NCBI GenBank assembly: GCA_030704615.1
Contig: CM060731.1
Location: 44,206,001 to 44,270,000 of the forward strand
Origin: Takakia lepidozioides
Taxonomy: Eukaryota > Plantae > Bryophyta
Direction: 5' to 3'
Length of the DNA: 64,000 bases
Positions 12,390-26,580 of this stretch are shown one piece after another. Position 1 is the stretch's first letter. Each line of letters starts with the position of its first letter. Below the pieces are notes generated by a model. That model ran no database searches and was not told the DNA's origin. It saw nothing but the letters and a program-made list of their open reading frames with translations. Position numbers and translations under genes: made by a program.

Positions 12390-14478
12390 ATGGAGTTCAA
12401 ATATTCGGAGAGTGATTCCTCTGGGATCACACCGTTGGCTCAAGGTGGTGCATGGTTGATGTCTCGTGAGGCAATGATAGCTGTGGGGCTTGTGAGCTTA
12501 CTTACGATCGTGGTGGGCAGGATTCTGTTTGGGAAAAAGAGCAGACTTCCCCCAGGACCGCGCCCATGGCCCATCATAGGCAATATTCACCAGATTGGCA
12601 CCTCTCCACAGCATAGCCTGACGGCGCTGTCTAAAATCTACGGACCCATCATGTACATGCACTTGGGCTCCCATCCCCTTGTTGTCGTCTCCTCAGCTGA
12701 AGCAGCAATGGAATTCCACAAAACCCATGACAAGTCGTTCGCAGGTCGCCCTCCATCCATCTCTGGAGAGATCTTCTCTAACCACTATACGAACATTGTG
12801 GTGGCTCCCTATGGTCCCTACTGGCGTCATTTGCGAAAGATCTGCACCCTGGAGCTCTTCACAAGCAAGCGGCTGGACGCTTTCCGCCCCCCTAGGACAG
12901 ACGAGGTGAATCACATGGTGAGCTCCATCATGGATGACATTCAGAAGGGAAAGGTAGTGGAGCTCAATGTCAAGCTGGGACATCTCGCTACCAACAACAT
13001 AACTCGCATGATGCTGAACAAGAGGTATGGAACTAGAGAGTACTCTGGGTAGAACTAATCCTCAGCGGCATTGTCAATTGAAATTACTTAAGGTGGTCTT
13101 GTTATCTAACGTAGCACATTCAGTCTCGAGCTCCACAAGGACCTGCAGACTAGAGTGTTACTGGAGAAACCACTAAGCACAAGTTTAGTGACCGGTGGGT
13201 AACTCTGGGTGCTAACAAGGACGACAAGTTGCACTGGCTTTGAAGGATTTTCAGAAGATCTTGAATTGGTTGCACTCCGGTTCTGAAGGTCTCTGCAGCT
13301 TAGAGATGGTACAGGTATTAACGTCAAAAAAAGTCGTTGTGGTTGCAGGTTCTTTGGGTTGGACACGACGGGGCAGGGGCAAGCCCACCGCTTCAAAGAA
13401 CTCGTTTTCACCTTGTTCAGTGCGAATTCCACACTTATCGTCGGTGACTTCATTCCGTGGCTAAGCTGGGTCACCTATGCATCAGGCTATGTAGCCTATA
13501 TGCGTAGGGTGAAGAAAGATATAGACGACTTTCTTCAGACATTCGTCGAAAGCAAGAAGGGTGGACTCGCTCGGAAAGGAGCGGATGAGATCAACGAGGA
13601 TTCCAAGGACTTCGTTGATGTGCTCTTGTCCATGCCCGCAGCAGATGGAAAGGGTCAACTGTCCGACGGGACGATCAAGTCTGTGATCCAGGTAACAACC
13701 CGTAACATGTCAAGAGAAAGCTGCTGCCTACATGTGATGCAAAGTAGAGCTTTAAGGACGATTGACGGTTTGAAAAAGGCGTGCACGCTTGGACAGCAGT
13801 GGGAATTTATCCTTGTTCCACTCATAACTGTGTTGAGGGGTGCATGTGCAGGACATGCTTTTGGCAGGGACGGACACATCATCAAACACAGTAGAGTGGG
13901 CTGTGGCGGCACTCCTGCGTCATCCAGATGTGATGAAGAAAGCGCAAGCTGAGTTGGACGCTGTGGTGGGCTGTGACCGCCCAGTCGATGAGACAGACAT
14001 TGTGAACCTACCCTACCTGCAAGCGGTTGTGAAGGAGGTTTTCCGCCTTTATCCCCCAGCACCTTTGTCCCTGCCACATATGTCCATCGAGCCCTGCACA
14101 GTGGGAGGCTATGACATACCGGCCAACACTCGCATGTTCCTCAACGCCTATGCCATCCAGCGGGACCCAGCCAGTTGGGAAAGGCCTTTGGAGTTCGACC
14201 CTGAGAGATTCGTTAAAAATCCTGAAATTGATATGAAAGGTAATCATTTCCAGTTGTTGCCATTCGGGGCGGGAAGAAGGATCTGCCCAGGAATGCCTCT
14301 GGGAATTCTCTTTGTGCAGATCGGGCTTGCTCGTCTCATCCACAGTTTCAACTTCAAGCTGCCCAACAACCAGGATCCCAAAGACCTGGACATGACTGAG
14401 AAATTCGGGGTCACCATGCCTCGCGCGAACCCATTGCACGTGATTGGGGAACCCCGTTTACCTGCACATTGTTATTGA
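12390..14478 (+). CDS. Cytochrome P450, CYP71 clan (A-type), 534 aa; exons 12390-13024, 13349-13691, 13852-14478
   Basis: N-terminal TM anchor, PPGPRPWPIIGN hinge, WRHLRKIC, AGTDT I-helix, EVFR (ExxR), PERF and heme motif FGAGRRICPG. GT-AG introns join in frame (1605 nt). Confidence 0.93.
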
Positions 14479-16499
14479 TCGATCTTCTTTGCTTGTACCT
14501 GGCTTCATTACCAGACTGGACAAAGGGCACCTCCAGAAGCTGACAATTGAGGCTAGATCTGCGAGTTTGGTGGAGCTTGGAGTAAGTATACGACTTTTTA
14601 GGCCGGCTCAAGAGTTGGAATCTGGATTCCAGAGGTTTGATATTATTGATCATCTCCAATTCTAGTCTCCAGAACCTGTCAAAGTTTTCTGATCGAGGTA
14701 GACCTTGCAGAATCATATTCGATCTGTTGCATGCATAGCTGAACACATTGATCACGTTTGAAGTTTGTGCAATTACATAGAAACACCCATTTTGGACCCC
14801 AGCTCATTCTAACTCATATTCTGCAGTTGAAACCCAGTAGCTAGACAGAGATTGGTTTCCTCCTGCTCCGGAAACTTAGAATAAACCGCCTTGGCTTAAA
14901 ATTTAAGAGCTCAAAGCTGATAGTTGTAACATGTATATACAATGCAAAGCTGCCAGAGGTAAGATAGTATAGCAACCGAGGGAAGCTGAACATTTCTTCA
15001 AGTTCATAGAGCTATAGTACCAGGTATACGAGATTAAACTGTGTAGGGCTGGCAGTACCATTTCAAGGGAACCAGCAGCTCTGCATGGCAATATAAGTAG
15101 TGAGGCTCCAGAGTATCGAGATGGTTCATGCCTCAAATGTAATGTATGTTTCGCTTGGGCTTCATCTATAAAACTATGTGCAACAAACCACCTTTGTTTG
15201 GTAGTTTCATTCTGAAGGGTTTATCTGAAGTCGGGTTGCCCGTGTTCTTACAGTATCATCTTGACTTGGCTCATCACTGGACCCATTGATTGGGTATCTT
15301 GAGTCACAAGATGAAAGACCCATAAGAAGAGCATACCAATGTCTACATGTATGATTTGCTGAACGTTGATTTCTTTTTGGATACGAGGCCTGGGACAACA
15401 TCCAAAATAGATGTTCTACACCCAACATCTCACAACATTACGGAATGCACTGGACAGTAGGGAAAGCCAGCGCATTCCACCTTCACCATACCATGTGGTA
15501 CATATATCTTCACAGCTGTAGAGAAGATGTGAGATTCGAGACCATGTTTGTATCTGGAGTCCTCTGTTCACACTACTTTTTCACCCACTGTCCCTTCCCT
15601 TGACTGACTAATCTAACAAGTACAAACACTCACTTTTACGCGTGGAGGATGGAGATGTGCCCCTCCTTCAAACACACATCACAAAGGTTGTCTTTCCGTG
15701 CACTCCCGCAACTGGAATAGAGCGAGAGAGGAGGGTGAATAAACTATAAACTGTAGGATGCTTGCAGTGGTCAATCAACCATAGTCTGGTTGCTCTTTCG
15801 CAGAGGGGGAGAGTAAAACTTGAGATTGCCACCGATCTAGCAGCACCATAACCATCTCACTGCCCGTTGCGGAAGGCGGATTTGCTTGCTTTTTCCTGAC
15901 ATCCAGACAGTCATGCAAGGGAGAGAAAAGGTCCACAAGATAGAAACTGAAAAATATATTTTTAAAAATAACTGTCATGGCTTTCTTGCCAACTTTGACA
16001 CAACAAATGGTTTTTGACAACTTCAGGCGTCACCCTCTGTGGAGCTTTGAAGCACAAAACAACGCCTATAATGACTTCTATCCTTGCGCACTCGATGTAC
16101 AAAAGTTCTCCGTTGGAGCCCTTAACAGGTTGCCACATCGCAAATCGTGATTAGATCCCATGGAGAGAGCCCACCGTGACGTTGAAAAATCTCTGTAGAT
16201 CCAGCCTGGAGAAAGGCTGCCAGTTGCTCCTGGATCTTCTCTTGACAGGAAGCCCTCCCCCTTCATGCTGTACAGGGGAAGGAAACTTTAGAATTTTCCT
16301 GTTGCTACCTTTCCGCAGTTTATCCTAGTGTACACGTCAGCCCAGCGAGTTTCCCACCATCGCGAATCCCTGAAGGATGTCACCAACCCCTTCAACAGAG
16401 GTGTTTGGGGCCAGCAAGTAAGAGGCCAGTGGTGGCCAGTACTGATCATGTGTTTTCTATTCAAGACCAAAGGAGGGTTCCCCAGTTTATAGAGGTTTC

Positions 16500-16829
16500 T
16501 GACCTCGACAAATCTCTAGAAGTGGCCAGCACTTGACCACTCGGGAAGATGTTTTGCCCTGGTGCCAGAATGGCGCATGGGTCAAACGTCTGTTTCCAAT
16601 TTACAAAAGCATCCCACTGGCTTTCGAAGTGCCGCTCCCATTGTGCATGCTCATAATACTGCGGGAGGTATGCTTGCCGCCCAAGCTTTCACATAAGCTC
16701 GACACTTTGCTGTTCCACTCAATTTAACTGCCAAGACTGGGACCTGATGAAGGGACATTACTCTTGAGGAAGGCCACAATGTAGAACACATCCTCGTCTG
16801 GTACCACCGCTGAGGCACGCCTATCCCAT
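16500..16829 (-). pseudogene. CKX: Cytokinin oxidase/dehydrogenase terminal exon, disabled
   Basis: After a ctgcag acceptor: WDRRASAVVPDEDVFYIVAFL...GK[fs]YLPQYY...WERHF..W..F..WKQTFDPCAILAPGQNIF. It has one stop and a 1-bp frameshift; upstream exons were not found. Confidence 0.85.
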
Positions 16830-19604
16830 CTGCAGGAGAGCGAAGTTACGTCAGGATCATTTCAATGAGCAGTACCGAATCCAAAATGACAGATGCCGAA
16901 AGTGTCTGGGGGAACTGTTCTGAACTCTTGTATTGATACTTTGTCAGCCAGACTCTCTCACTTCTAGTGTTGAAGAAAAAACTAGAGGAAAGACTTGTCT
17001 TATATAGCTATTAACTGACTTTTAGAAAGGGATGCATACCCAAGTTTGCGAGCAAAAGGACAAAACCGCCAAGACAGAGGTCGATATGCAGGCAAATTCC
17101 ACACCGCAAAGCCAACACCCCTAGTTCCACCCCTATCACCTTTTTCTGCTGACAAGTTGCATCAACAGACATCTCCTCCACCTACTGCTTCCTCTTTCCT
17201 CAAGAATGCCCATCTGGCAGTTGATAATCGCGTCGATGCGCTTGGGCTGTGAAGGCTCTCAGCCACATGGATAGTTCAATGTGCTCATCAGCGCCTGACC
17301 CGAAGATGTTGATCATCCAAGGTACCTTAGCATGGCGCACCCCTCCTGTTTCAACTAGGCTTTGGAACCGATTGTAAATGAGTAAGCTCTATGAACTCTA
17401 TGAATCCAAGACCCCATAACATCCATTCTCTTGCCTATACCATAGTATACATTTCTGCTCCATGGTTATAAACAAACATATTTGTATGCTTACAAATTAG
17501 CACAAGAGTATAAGGTACCTCGATAGGGTCAATCACACCATGTGGAAAGCCTGACGAAGAGCCCACAACCTGTAGGCAGCACCAATACACACCTGAAACA
17601 CCCACCTCCTTAATAACCACCAGTGTGTTGACCTTCCGAACCCTCCTCAACCACCTCACTTCATGGAGAGAACAATGGAACAGAGTTTGGAGGTAAAGGC
17701 TAGAACTGTGGTGCATGAGCAGCAGGAAGGCAGCAGGATTCTATTGAGATACAAAACAGGAAAACCATAATCGGACTGCAAGGTCATATTGCCCATATAC
17801 CAACTTCATGCCAAATACTCCATTAGTGGTTTAGGATTTTGCATTACAGGAATTTGAGTTCTTCGATGATGCGTAGTGTATGGATCCTCTCCGCAAGGCG
17901 TGTGAAGTCAATCATTTGCGAGTTGCAATTCACAAGTTACATTGGGCTTGTTTTGTGAATGCAACAGAAACACCTTCAATTGCTGTACCGACTAAGAGAG
18001 GAGGAGACCTAACTCGGTATTCATTAGTTCTGTAAACTCAAACAAGAGAAGAATTCAAAAATCACTTGAAAATTCAGCCAAGAGTGAGATAGTGTTAGAG
18101 AAAGAAGAGAAGAAACATATGGGTCTAATGGATCTAATGGATCAACAAGGATGCCAGTCCGTGAGTATCCCTTCGGCCACTTCCTCATAGTTTACCGTCT
18201 GGCAAGGCTTATTACGTGTGCCGAGTAGCAAAATCCATTGCAAACAATTGCATCATTCCATAGAATCTGGCAATCTCAAGTTGGAAGAGAAGGAATTCTC
18301 AAAGATATACAGTAACTTTGAAAGTGTGGTGGAGTTGGCAAGTGTTGTTAAACAAAACGCGAAATCTCATGCGCAAGTTATCCTCAGTCTGGTCAACTGT
18401 AAGAAAGGGTTTCGTACGCTAGGTGTGAATTGTGTGCTTTACCTCAGTGTAGCCATGTGGGCTCCTGTCTGACAGAAGGTACAGCAAAGACACTTGTGGG
18501 ATGGTAGAGAAGCATCCGGAGTATGTCATATGTGAAGGCAATTACAAATGTCACACATGTTGCTGCAATTGCTCTGCAGGTCACTGCATGCTCAAGGAAG
18601 TAGAGGTAGAGAGAGAGAGACCATGCACTCATGAGTTGTTTGCCATAGCCTTGGCAATGGGCTGAACAAGATGGAATAAACACTACCATTGTGAAGGGCT
18701 CACTCCAGTAGTGGTACTTACCTTGGTACATATAATTGGTTTGGTTCGGGCATTCCAGATTTCCTCTAAAACTCCCTTCATGAGTTCTGCTGTGTGAGCT
18801 GCCCAGAAATTAGACCCAAACAGGGCAAGGGGCTTTTAGGCTCAGCCTCGAGATTTGGCAAGTTGTTGGATGAGAGAGACAGAGAGCTATTAATTTATGG
18901 CAAGAACATTACTAAAATCACTCAATACGACACACAATTGAGGCAATCAGAAGTTGGCTAGATTGAGAAACTGAGCCTCAAGTACAGCCGCACCAATTGA
19001 CTCCAAACACCTGCACTAGTTACAGACTCTCACTACTAGTGCAGCCAAAAAAGGAGACCATGTAGGTCAAGATAAGATTTGAGACCACATTCTACTTCAT
19101 ATCTAGTGATACCTTAACCTCAAATCAGTGAAGTACAACTGAAAACTATTCCTGAATCAAGACACCAACCATATTGGTGGTTTCACATGTCAGTTGTTCA
19201 GTAGTTCCATCTCTTGATGAAGAGAATATCTCCATCATATCGCCACCACTAGGAGGGCACAAGCACCTTCTTTGACTTTGTTTAAATTTCAGGCGAGTGT
19301 GAGAACTGCATGTCAGGCAATGGAAGGGAAGAAGGACAATGGAGAAATCTTAAGATGCCAATGTCATAACCATGTGCCTTCTGTGTCTCCCACAAAGCGC
19401 CGCAGATGCAACCAGCCACACATCAATCTGCAGCCTGTGCGCTGTCATACATTACATGTTTTGAACTAAATGAAACCGCCTTCAAAAGAGCAGTAATCTG
19501 CAGTCATTAAGTCTCCGTACATTACAAATTTTGCACAGAATCAATCCACCTTCAAAAACAAGAGGAAGTTGTGCAGCATGAGGTGACAGGTGAAGGAGCA
19601 CCAT

Positions 19605-21932
19605 TTATCTCCCAAAACATTTGAGGACCGAGGATGTGACCAAGGACGTGAGGAATTGCATGCCTGCAGACCCTCCTGGAAAATATGACACTACATAATA
19701 TAACAAAGCGAGGACCTGCACACACAAATACAATTATAAGTTTCATCAAGCTTGTAGACTTGCTGCAACATATCTCTTCACTCTTCACTGAACATTGCAG
19801 TGAACGGTCTTGACATCTTCGGACACTATTCGAACACTATCTAACAACTCCTATCCAGTCATTTGCCTGGCGACTCTTGTTTGGGATATTGACTACTTAA
19901 GCATGTGCCAAACTTGATGCAAGGTTTTATCAGGCCTAGGCCCAAAGCTTCAATGATGGGGGCCCAAGGCCAACTACAGCTCAATCAATAGCAGACATTC
20001 GTTTGAAAGAATAAAAGTTTAAGAAAGGCCAGACCTGAATAACTGAAAAAATCACAGAATATATGTAGCTGTGGAGAACCATGGACACATAGATTGTGGC
20101 TGCCATGCTCCCAATAAATCCTGCTGTAAACGGCCATCTCTGCACCATCAAGGCTTCCAAATTAAAATTCACAACAGTTCGAACCAAAGGATGGAGATAG
20201 AGAGACACCCCACTAACATGTAAAAGGCATCGTTCATAATTAGGACAAAGTAAAGAAACATATTTGACCCATCGTGCTCTTGAACAGAGAAAGCAAGCAT
20301 TTGGCTTCGTGATTCCTTAAAAGAGCTTGTTGCGAGATACCCATGGTCCCTTTGCTGCAATAAAACCTAACCCTGTCCTGGTAGGTGGAAGCTCAACCTG
20401 ATTGTTCGGCATACCCAGGTTTCATTTGGCCTTTGTGAATACTCTCCCTGCTACCATTTACATCGATGTTCAAGAGAAAATCTGAGGATGGCAACATCAC
20501 TGCTGGGAGTGCGGTGAGATTCTGTTTGCACTAGCGCACAAGACGAGGGCTTTTGATGGACACTGTACAGAACCCATTCCAAGATTTGCACATACTGGAA
20601 CTCAAGTGTTGTCAGTCTACGTTTCTCCCTTCCCCTTTCTTCTGCTACTTTGAGGCTGAGCACAGGGGCCAGAAGTATACAGAAGAGAGAGACAGGGACA
20701 GGGACAGAATGTCCGCATGCCAAACCCTGCGAACGTTGGCTTGCCATAGCCTTACGGCCATTGACCTTCAGGAAACTAACCCTCCAGAAGGCTTTTGTGG
20801 TGTTCGCGCCCACCAAGGCTTAGAGACAGACAGGGACAGAGAGAGGGCTCTGACAATGGTCCAGCTGCATGGTTACATGACTCACTTCCCCACAGGCTAA
20901 GCCTCACTGAGGTGCACAAAAAGTTAAGACTAAGAATACATCCCTGTCTCTCTCAAAACACACACACAAGCATAGACAAGGCAGAGCTGAATGCAACTCA
21001 AGCAGATAGAGACAAACTCACCTCTTTGGAAATCATGTGGAGAAATTGAGTTTTGGGCCCTTTTAGTGCAAAGAAGGCGCCCATGATGAAGATGCAGCCA
21101 AGTGTGAAACAGATGGCGAATTTTTGAGGCATCAGTGCCATGACTGGCAGAAACATTGTAAATGCCATCAAGATGAAGAAGACACCTGCTGCAGTCATGA
21201 CCGCAAAGTACGTGATTGCCGTCCTAGATGGCACAAAGCTGGCAGCAGACTGTACATTTCCAGGAAGCTCGCGTACTCCTTTTGTCACTCTGCCCACAGT
21301 CTCCAGAAATCATGCTATGAACTTCAGCCTTTCAACTGCCCAAGATTATTTAGATGGAAAATTTCCTAAGACATTGAGTACATTGTACTGCAATCAGTTG
21401 CTGAATTCATTTCCAAATCAAGGTTGAAATCTTACTGTCTGCCTATGGCCCCTATATGCCCATAATCTGGACAATCGAAGTTGCGTCGTAATACAAGCAC
21501 TATCACAACGGGATATTACTATTACCTGCACTAATGAATCATCTCACTCTTGTGCAGCTACCAAGTTTCCGTGAACTACAATAGATAGGACCTAATATTA
21601 GTTCACAGACTTGCACAGGGTCTCATCGGTCCTATGACCAGCCGGTAAAAACATGCGCAGCCCCAAATCCAAAGCTAATTCGTGACCAGATCCAGTAAAT
21701 AGTCCTCCACTTACGAGTTGAAGGCGCCAACAATGGTACTATTGGCTGACTTGAGGAGCGGAGCAAGCGACTCAGGCACGGAAGCTTCCAGATCCAGCCC
21801 AGTAGATGCATCGGAAGAAGCATCAGGGGCGCGGGTTGCAGCATACGAGTTCCACGCTGCCAGCACCGAGCCCGGCTTCTCTTGCTCGCTACTTGGTCCC
21901 CCCGCAAACCACGCCTGCATCCTGCCCTGCAT
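19605..21932 (-). CDS. SFT2: SFT2/GOT1-family vesicle transport protein, 233 aa; exons 21932-21715, 21289-21022, 20139-20035, 19715-19605
   Basis: MQGRMQAWFAGG..., PQKFAICFTLGC...FFALKGPKTQ, RWPFTAGFIGSM, ALLYYVVSYFPGGSAGM. Four hydrophobic segments; GT-AG introns in frame. Confidence 0.9.
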
Positions 21933-24091
21933 GGCCTCCCTCCACCCCTGCGCTCGCTCCACAACGGTCGCCAGCGTGCCCAGCTCCTATGGAAATCTCT
22001 TCTCCTCTCTTCTCCTCTCTGCTCCTCTCTCCCCTCTCTCTCTCTCCCCTCTCTCTCTCTCTCCCCGTTGTAAGTAGAAGGAGGGTTTCAAGGAAAATCC
22101 TGCTGCAAGGAATGCCCAACCCCACACTTCATCCATCCCTCAGAGCCAAAGCTGCATGGGAGATGTGAGAGAAATGGATGGATGCCCTCTGCAGTACCCA
22201 GCTCTCTGAATTCGGCATGACTCTCTCTCATTCAACTCTTTAGTGGGTCCCTCCGCCCACACTGGGTGTTATTGTTCTGTTGGGAATTCTCGAGAGCTTT
22301 TCGGTGTTTGCTTTCACATGGACCAAATCAAGCAGTGACTCTCATGCACGTGAATCGCAACAATAAGTGCACAAGTATGTATCTGAAAAGAGTAACGAAA
22401 CAGCAGCAAAAATCCTCGCAGGAGAGACTATCTGGGCTTGACTGGAGATCATTCTAGGTGTTTATTGCGCCCTTCGTGCTTGTGCAATGGTGACATTCTT
22501 TCGTCAGCAGTCATTCACCCACATAGGAGTACCAAATCTCTCTTTGCCGATGGTTAATATTTGAATGAACTCTTTTGCTTCTAGTAAGTCGATCTCTCTC
22601 ATTGTTCACGAGTGTTGAAGCCACAGTGGTGCAAGCTCCAAATGAATCATATGGGGCTGTGTAGTCCGATCTGAAGAAGACGTAGTAGAGGTTGGGTAGG
22701 TGTGAGTAGGGCATTTCACATATTCTTTGGATATTACCCAACATCAGTTCCAGTTGGGGGAAATTTTGAAGGTCAAAAAAGGAGAGACTATTGGAGCAAC
22801 CAATAGGGATGTAGGAAAGGGTGCAGTAGAGCGAAGCAGGAGGGTGATGGGACATTCAGGCGCCCATTGTGGGATTGTGCACACCAGGAGCGAACCAGCC
22901 TTCTAGAAAGCCAGCGAACTGAGAGGGTATATAAGGGAGGGTCTAGGCCAGTCTTGGACTGCTGTCACAAAAATAGGATACCAGACTGGTCCTGGTATCA
23001 CAAGGGCCCGTGTTTCCCAAGACCGGTATGGTCCTGGTATTGGTGTAAGGGTCCTAGTTGATCTATGAAAGATGAAATGGTCTTATTAGACATTGGGTTG
23101 CTGATATGTGGTGTTGCTACGTAGGGTACTTGGAGATGGTGAGGAAGTTGATGGATGCGACAAAGAGAATCCAGGCAGGGTAATCCTACTCTCCCTTTTG
23201 GTAGGCTCTGTAAATTCACTGGACGTTAAGGAAACTTTTATCTTTATCTTTATCTCCCTTTTGGTTATTAAACCTTCTCTTGTTCATAGCTTTTCTGCAT
23301 CTAGAGATCTAGGAAAAGCCTCTTCGAAATCAGTCAGCCACCACTCTGTCCATCGCCTCTGTTTCACCTTATCTGTTATCTTCCAGCCACCAACATCCCA
23401 AACAAATCTCTTTGAAGGTGCTCATTCACCTTTGCTCATGAGAAAGGATCTACCACTATCATGGACTGTATGAACATTTCATGTTGTACTTGACTGCCAA
23501 CCGTACTCCCTCGAGCAACCAACAGCTTTCCACTCCCTTCTGCACACCACTTGAATTGGACGCGTAATCAAAAGGTACTCTTCCATCCGACAGATTTGAT
23601 GTAACAGTTGGCTTGACCTCACCTCAAAAGTGACGAGTCAAGAACCATTTCCTGTGCAAATAGTAAGAATCTTCAATGTAGGAGCCTATCAATTTGTACA
23701 AGATTTCAGTCCACATTGGTACAATAGTGAAACTGCATCCCCCTTTCAAGCCCTCTTAACAGTCAGCAGCTTGCATACAAGATTCCATGACAAGAGTATG
23801 CACCCTGTTCATCTTGCTTGAAAACCGGTGAAGACCCTTTGCCTTCACTGTGATACTTCCATCAATTAATCACATATTGAGGCACTTCAAGATATCATCA
23901 GAATGTCTATCTTGTGGCCAACAAGGACCTCCAAAATTGCTACACGGCACGAGGGGGTAACAATGGCGCCCAAATGTTTGATTGATGCGTCAGAAGTTGC
24001 TTTCAGTAGTATCCATAAGGATGAACAATGAGGACTATGGTCACTCCAATAGGATTGACTATGAGAGACCAGTCAAGGATACCTTGCCATC

Positions 24092-26580
24092 TCAGAACAC
24101 TACGAGGAGAGAGAAGGCAATATATATCAAGCCACATGGGTAGGCCACTAAAGATCTGTGCTCATCCGCATGGGGTACTAGAACCACCATCAAGCTGGTG
24201 CAGGAACGCGTGCACCACAGCACAGTCAAGGCTGCCATGATAAACTTGATGGCCCCCCTGCAAACATCATAACACTCACATTACCGTTACTTGGCCCAAA
24301 TCTATATCCCAGGCTTTAGCTAGCACTTGTCAAAACCTAAATCTGAGAAGGTTAAATCCCTCCAACTTCTCTCCATGTCCTCTGATGAACTTGTCTCAAA
24401 GAACTACACAAGTCTCAATGTTTCAAAATTAGAATGTAGTTACACTCATGCCCATCATCAATCTAAGTGAATGGCACAACTTAAGATGAAGCATACCTGT
24501 TGGGGACAAATATCGATAAGGCCGAAAAGAGCACCATAGGAATGAGACAGTAGCCCACTAAACTGACACAGCGATACAAATCCAGACTGCCATTGCTGCC
24601 AGCCAAAAGATTGAAGACCATGTACAAGAACAATGAGGCCAGTGTAGTCCATCCTAGAATAACTCCGAAATGGAGTTTCCCAGCAAGAAGCTGGCAGACC
24701 CCAAACAACATGCAGAATATAATGGGTCCTGATAGGTCAGCATCCTCATGTAGATCTGGATTGATCCTGAATGGATTCAGGACCGCGAGCGTCCTCCGGG
24801 TGATTTGTGGAATGTTGATCCCAAGTTCTGTTAGGCCACAACAACAGACCTCTCAATTCATTGACCAAAAGCACTCTCCTGCATTCCAAGACAAACAGGA
24901 CAACACGCATAATGCCACCTGGACGGAGTGCCTTCTGGGGTACTCTTGCCCTAACACAGAGGACACGACAAAGAGAACTGATGCTTTCTCTCCACTTCTG
25001 GTTCAAGGTGGGAACCGATTGAAGTTCTCTGTCCACATACATGCTCTCACACCCCACCATTCCATGTGTATTTAATTTCTTTTCTCAACTGTGTATTCCG
25101 TGAAACTCAATCTCTCACAAAAGTTTTCCATTATGAGGATCAGAAATGCTTGGCAGCTTACCTGCATGAAGCTTTGACCCTTAGGCAATCCCTTGAGTAG
25201 TAGTTGCTTTTAAGTTTTTTTCTTCTTTACTGTTTCTTGTTTCCTTTTGTCCCATAAGCTCTTTGAGCTTTGTGCAGATGTTGTAAAGTACCATCTCATT
25301 TCATTTCATTTCTCTTTGTCTCTACAGCTGGTTGGGGTGGGAGCAGACAAAGGGAAACAAATGACCTGGAGGAGGAGGAGAGCATAATTCAGGCCATTAC
25401 CATCATGGAATAGATAGTCGGATTCACACCTGTGATAAGTCACTTTTGTGGCCTCCACTGGTTCTCACAACAGGAGAACAGAGATAGTGGCGCCCAGAAA
25501 TATGGGAGGAAAGATAAACAGCTAGTGATAGCTACCGGAGACAGAAGATTCCAACAGGAGGACTAGTGCTGAGGAAAATGATGGTACAGACTCTGACGAC
25601 ACTCTGGTGAGGCATGACAAGCTCCTACAATGATACCAGTACATCTGGGTTTTAGGTATGAGTCGTTCTGGGAATAATCAGTGCTGATACTTCTAGAGCA
25701 CCAATGTCAAGGAGACTTGTTCCGTAGCCGTTCATAACCTAACCATAATTGCTGAGCCAAACCAGTTTATATATTGTGTAAACTAACAAGTGTGGCCAAG
25801 CTGCAACCCTGCCCAAAAATCTGTCCCAAAAAACAAGATCAAGAAGAAGCACTGTATGAAGATGGATCCACTACAACTCTGGGGAAAATTGAACTCCCAC
25901 AGACAGGGCTTGGCAATCTGCTATACAGTATGGACTAATTGATGCGTCCAGCTGTGAAGTCTCCTTAAGATCATAGTTATGTCGAGCATCTGAAAAATAA
26001 TCAGTGACAGCTCTACCCTTTCAAGATGAAACCCTAATTGAAAAATCCAATAACTTGAACTTGTTCAAAGGCATTGTTGCATTTTCCATTTCTGACACTA
26101 GATGTGTCACCAATATAACAAAGCATGAACTTCAAACCAATGCAACAATGACTGACCTAACTGTTTAAATTACGTGCTGGAATCTCATTCTGGATATTGT
26201 CAGGGGAGATTCGCAGCATCAAAGTTGGAGATTCCCCTAGCTTGGTCCCCAAACGCGTCTGGTTACAAAGCTATTGCAATGAGGGCGACGGAGAGAGAAA
26301 GAGAGACCTGAAATCACCCACCTTCCAGGAGGGGAGGTTCATCTTCGAAGGCCCCAAATCCACCACCAGCTCCGTATGCCACTCGGGGTGGCGGGGCTGC
26401 AGAGACAGTTCCCAGATCAAAGGCCATGAAAGGAAGGCCCGAACCTCCCCCTGGTCCACTACCCATGGGCATCGGCGACTGTCGAACCTGTGGTTGCATC
26501 TGACTTACAGGCCTGCGATGCTGTGGCACCCCTCTGTACCCTTCTGTTCCATCAAATGACAGAGCCACATCATCCCCCAT
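24092..26580 (-). CDS. Yip1-domain protein (YIPF5/YIP1-like), 251 aa; exons 26580-26322, 24827-24497, 24257-24092
   Basis: FEDEPPLLEELGIN, DADLSGP, GKLHFG, SLVGYCLIP, LVAYPCGLIY motifs. Introns are canonical and in frame. Confidence 0.92.

Noticed and set aside
14480-16450. Short ORFs downstream of the P450
   Set aside because: No recognisable domain in the frames examined.
12390-16829. P450 plus CKX as a cytokinin metabolic gene cluster
   Set aside because: Cytokinin hydroxylases (CYP735) are CYP72-clan whereas this P450 is CYP71-clan, and CKX is only a broken fragment.
22490-23470. Possible solo LTR or viral remnant between SFT2 and the Yip1 gene
   Set aside because: It has a TATA-like motif but no clear TG..CA ends with a TSD, and no recognisable protein motif.
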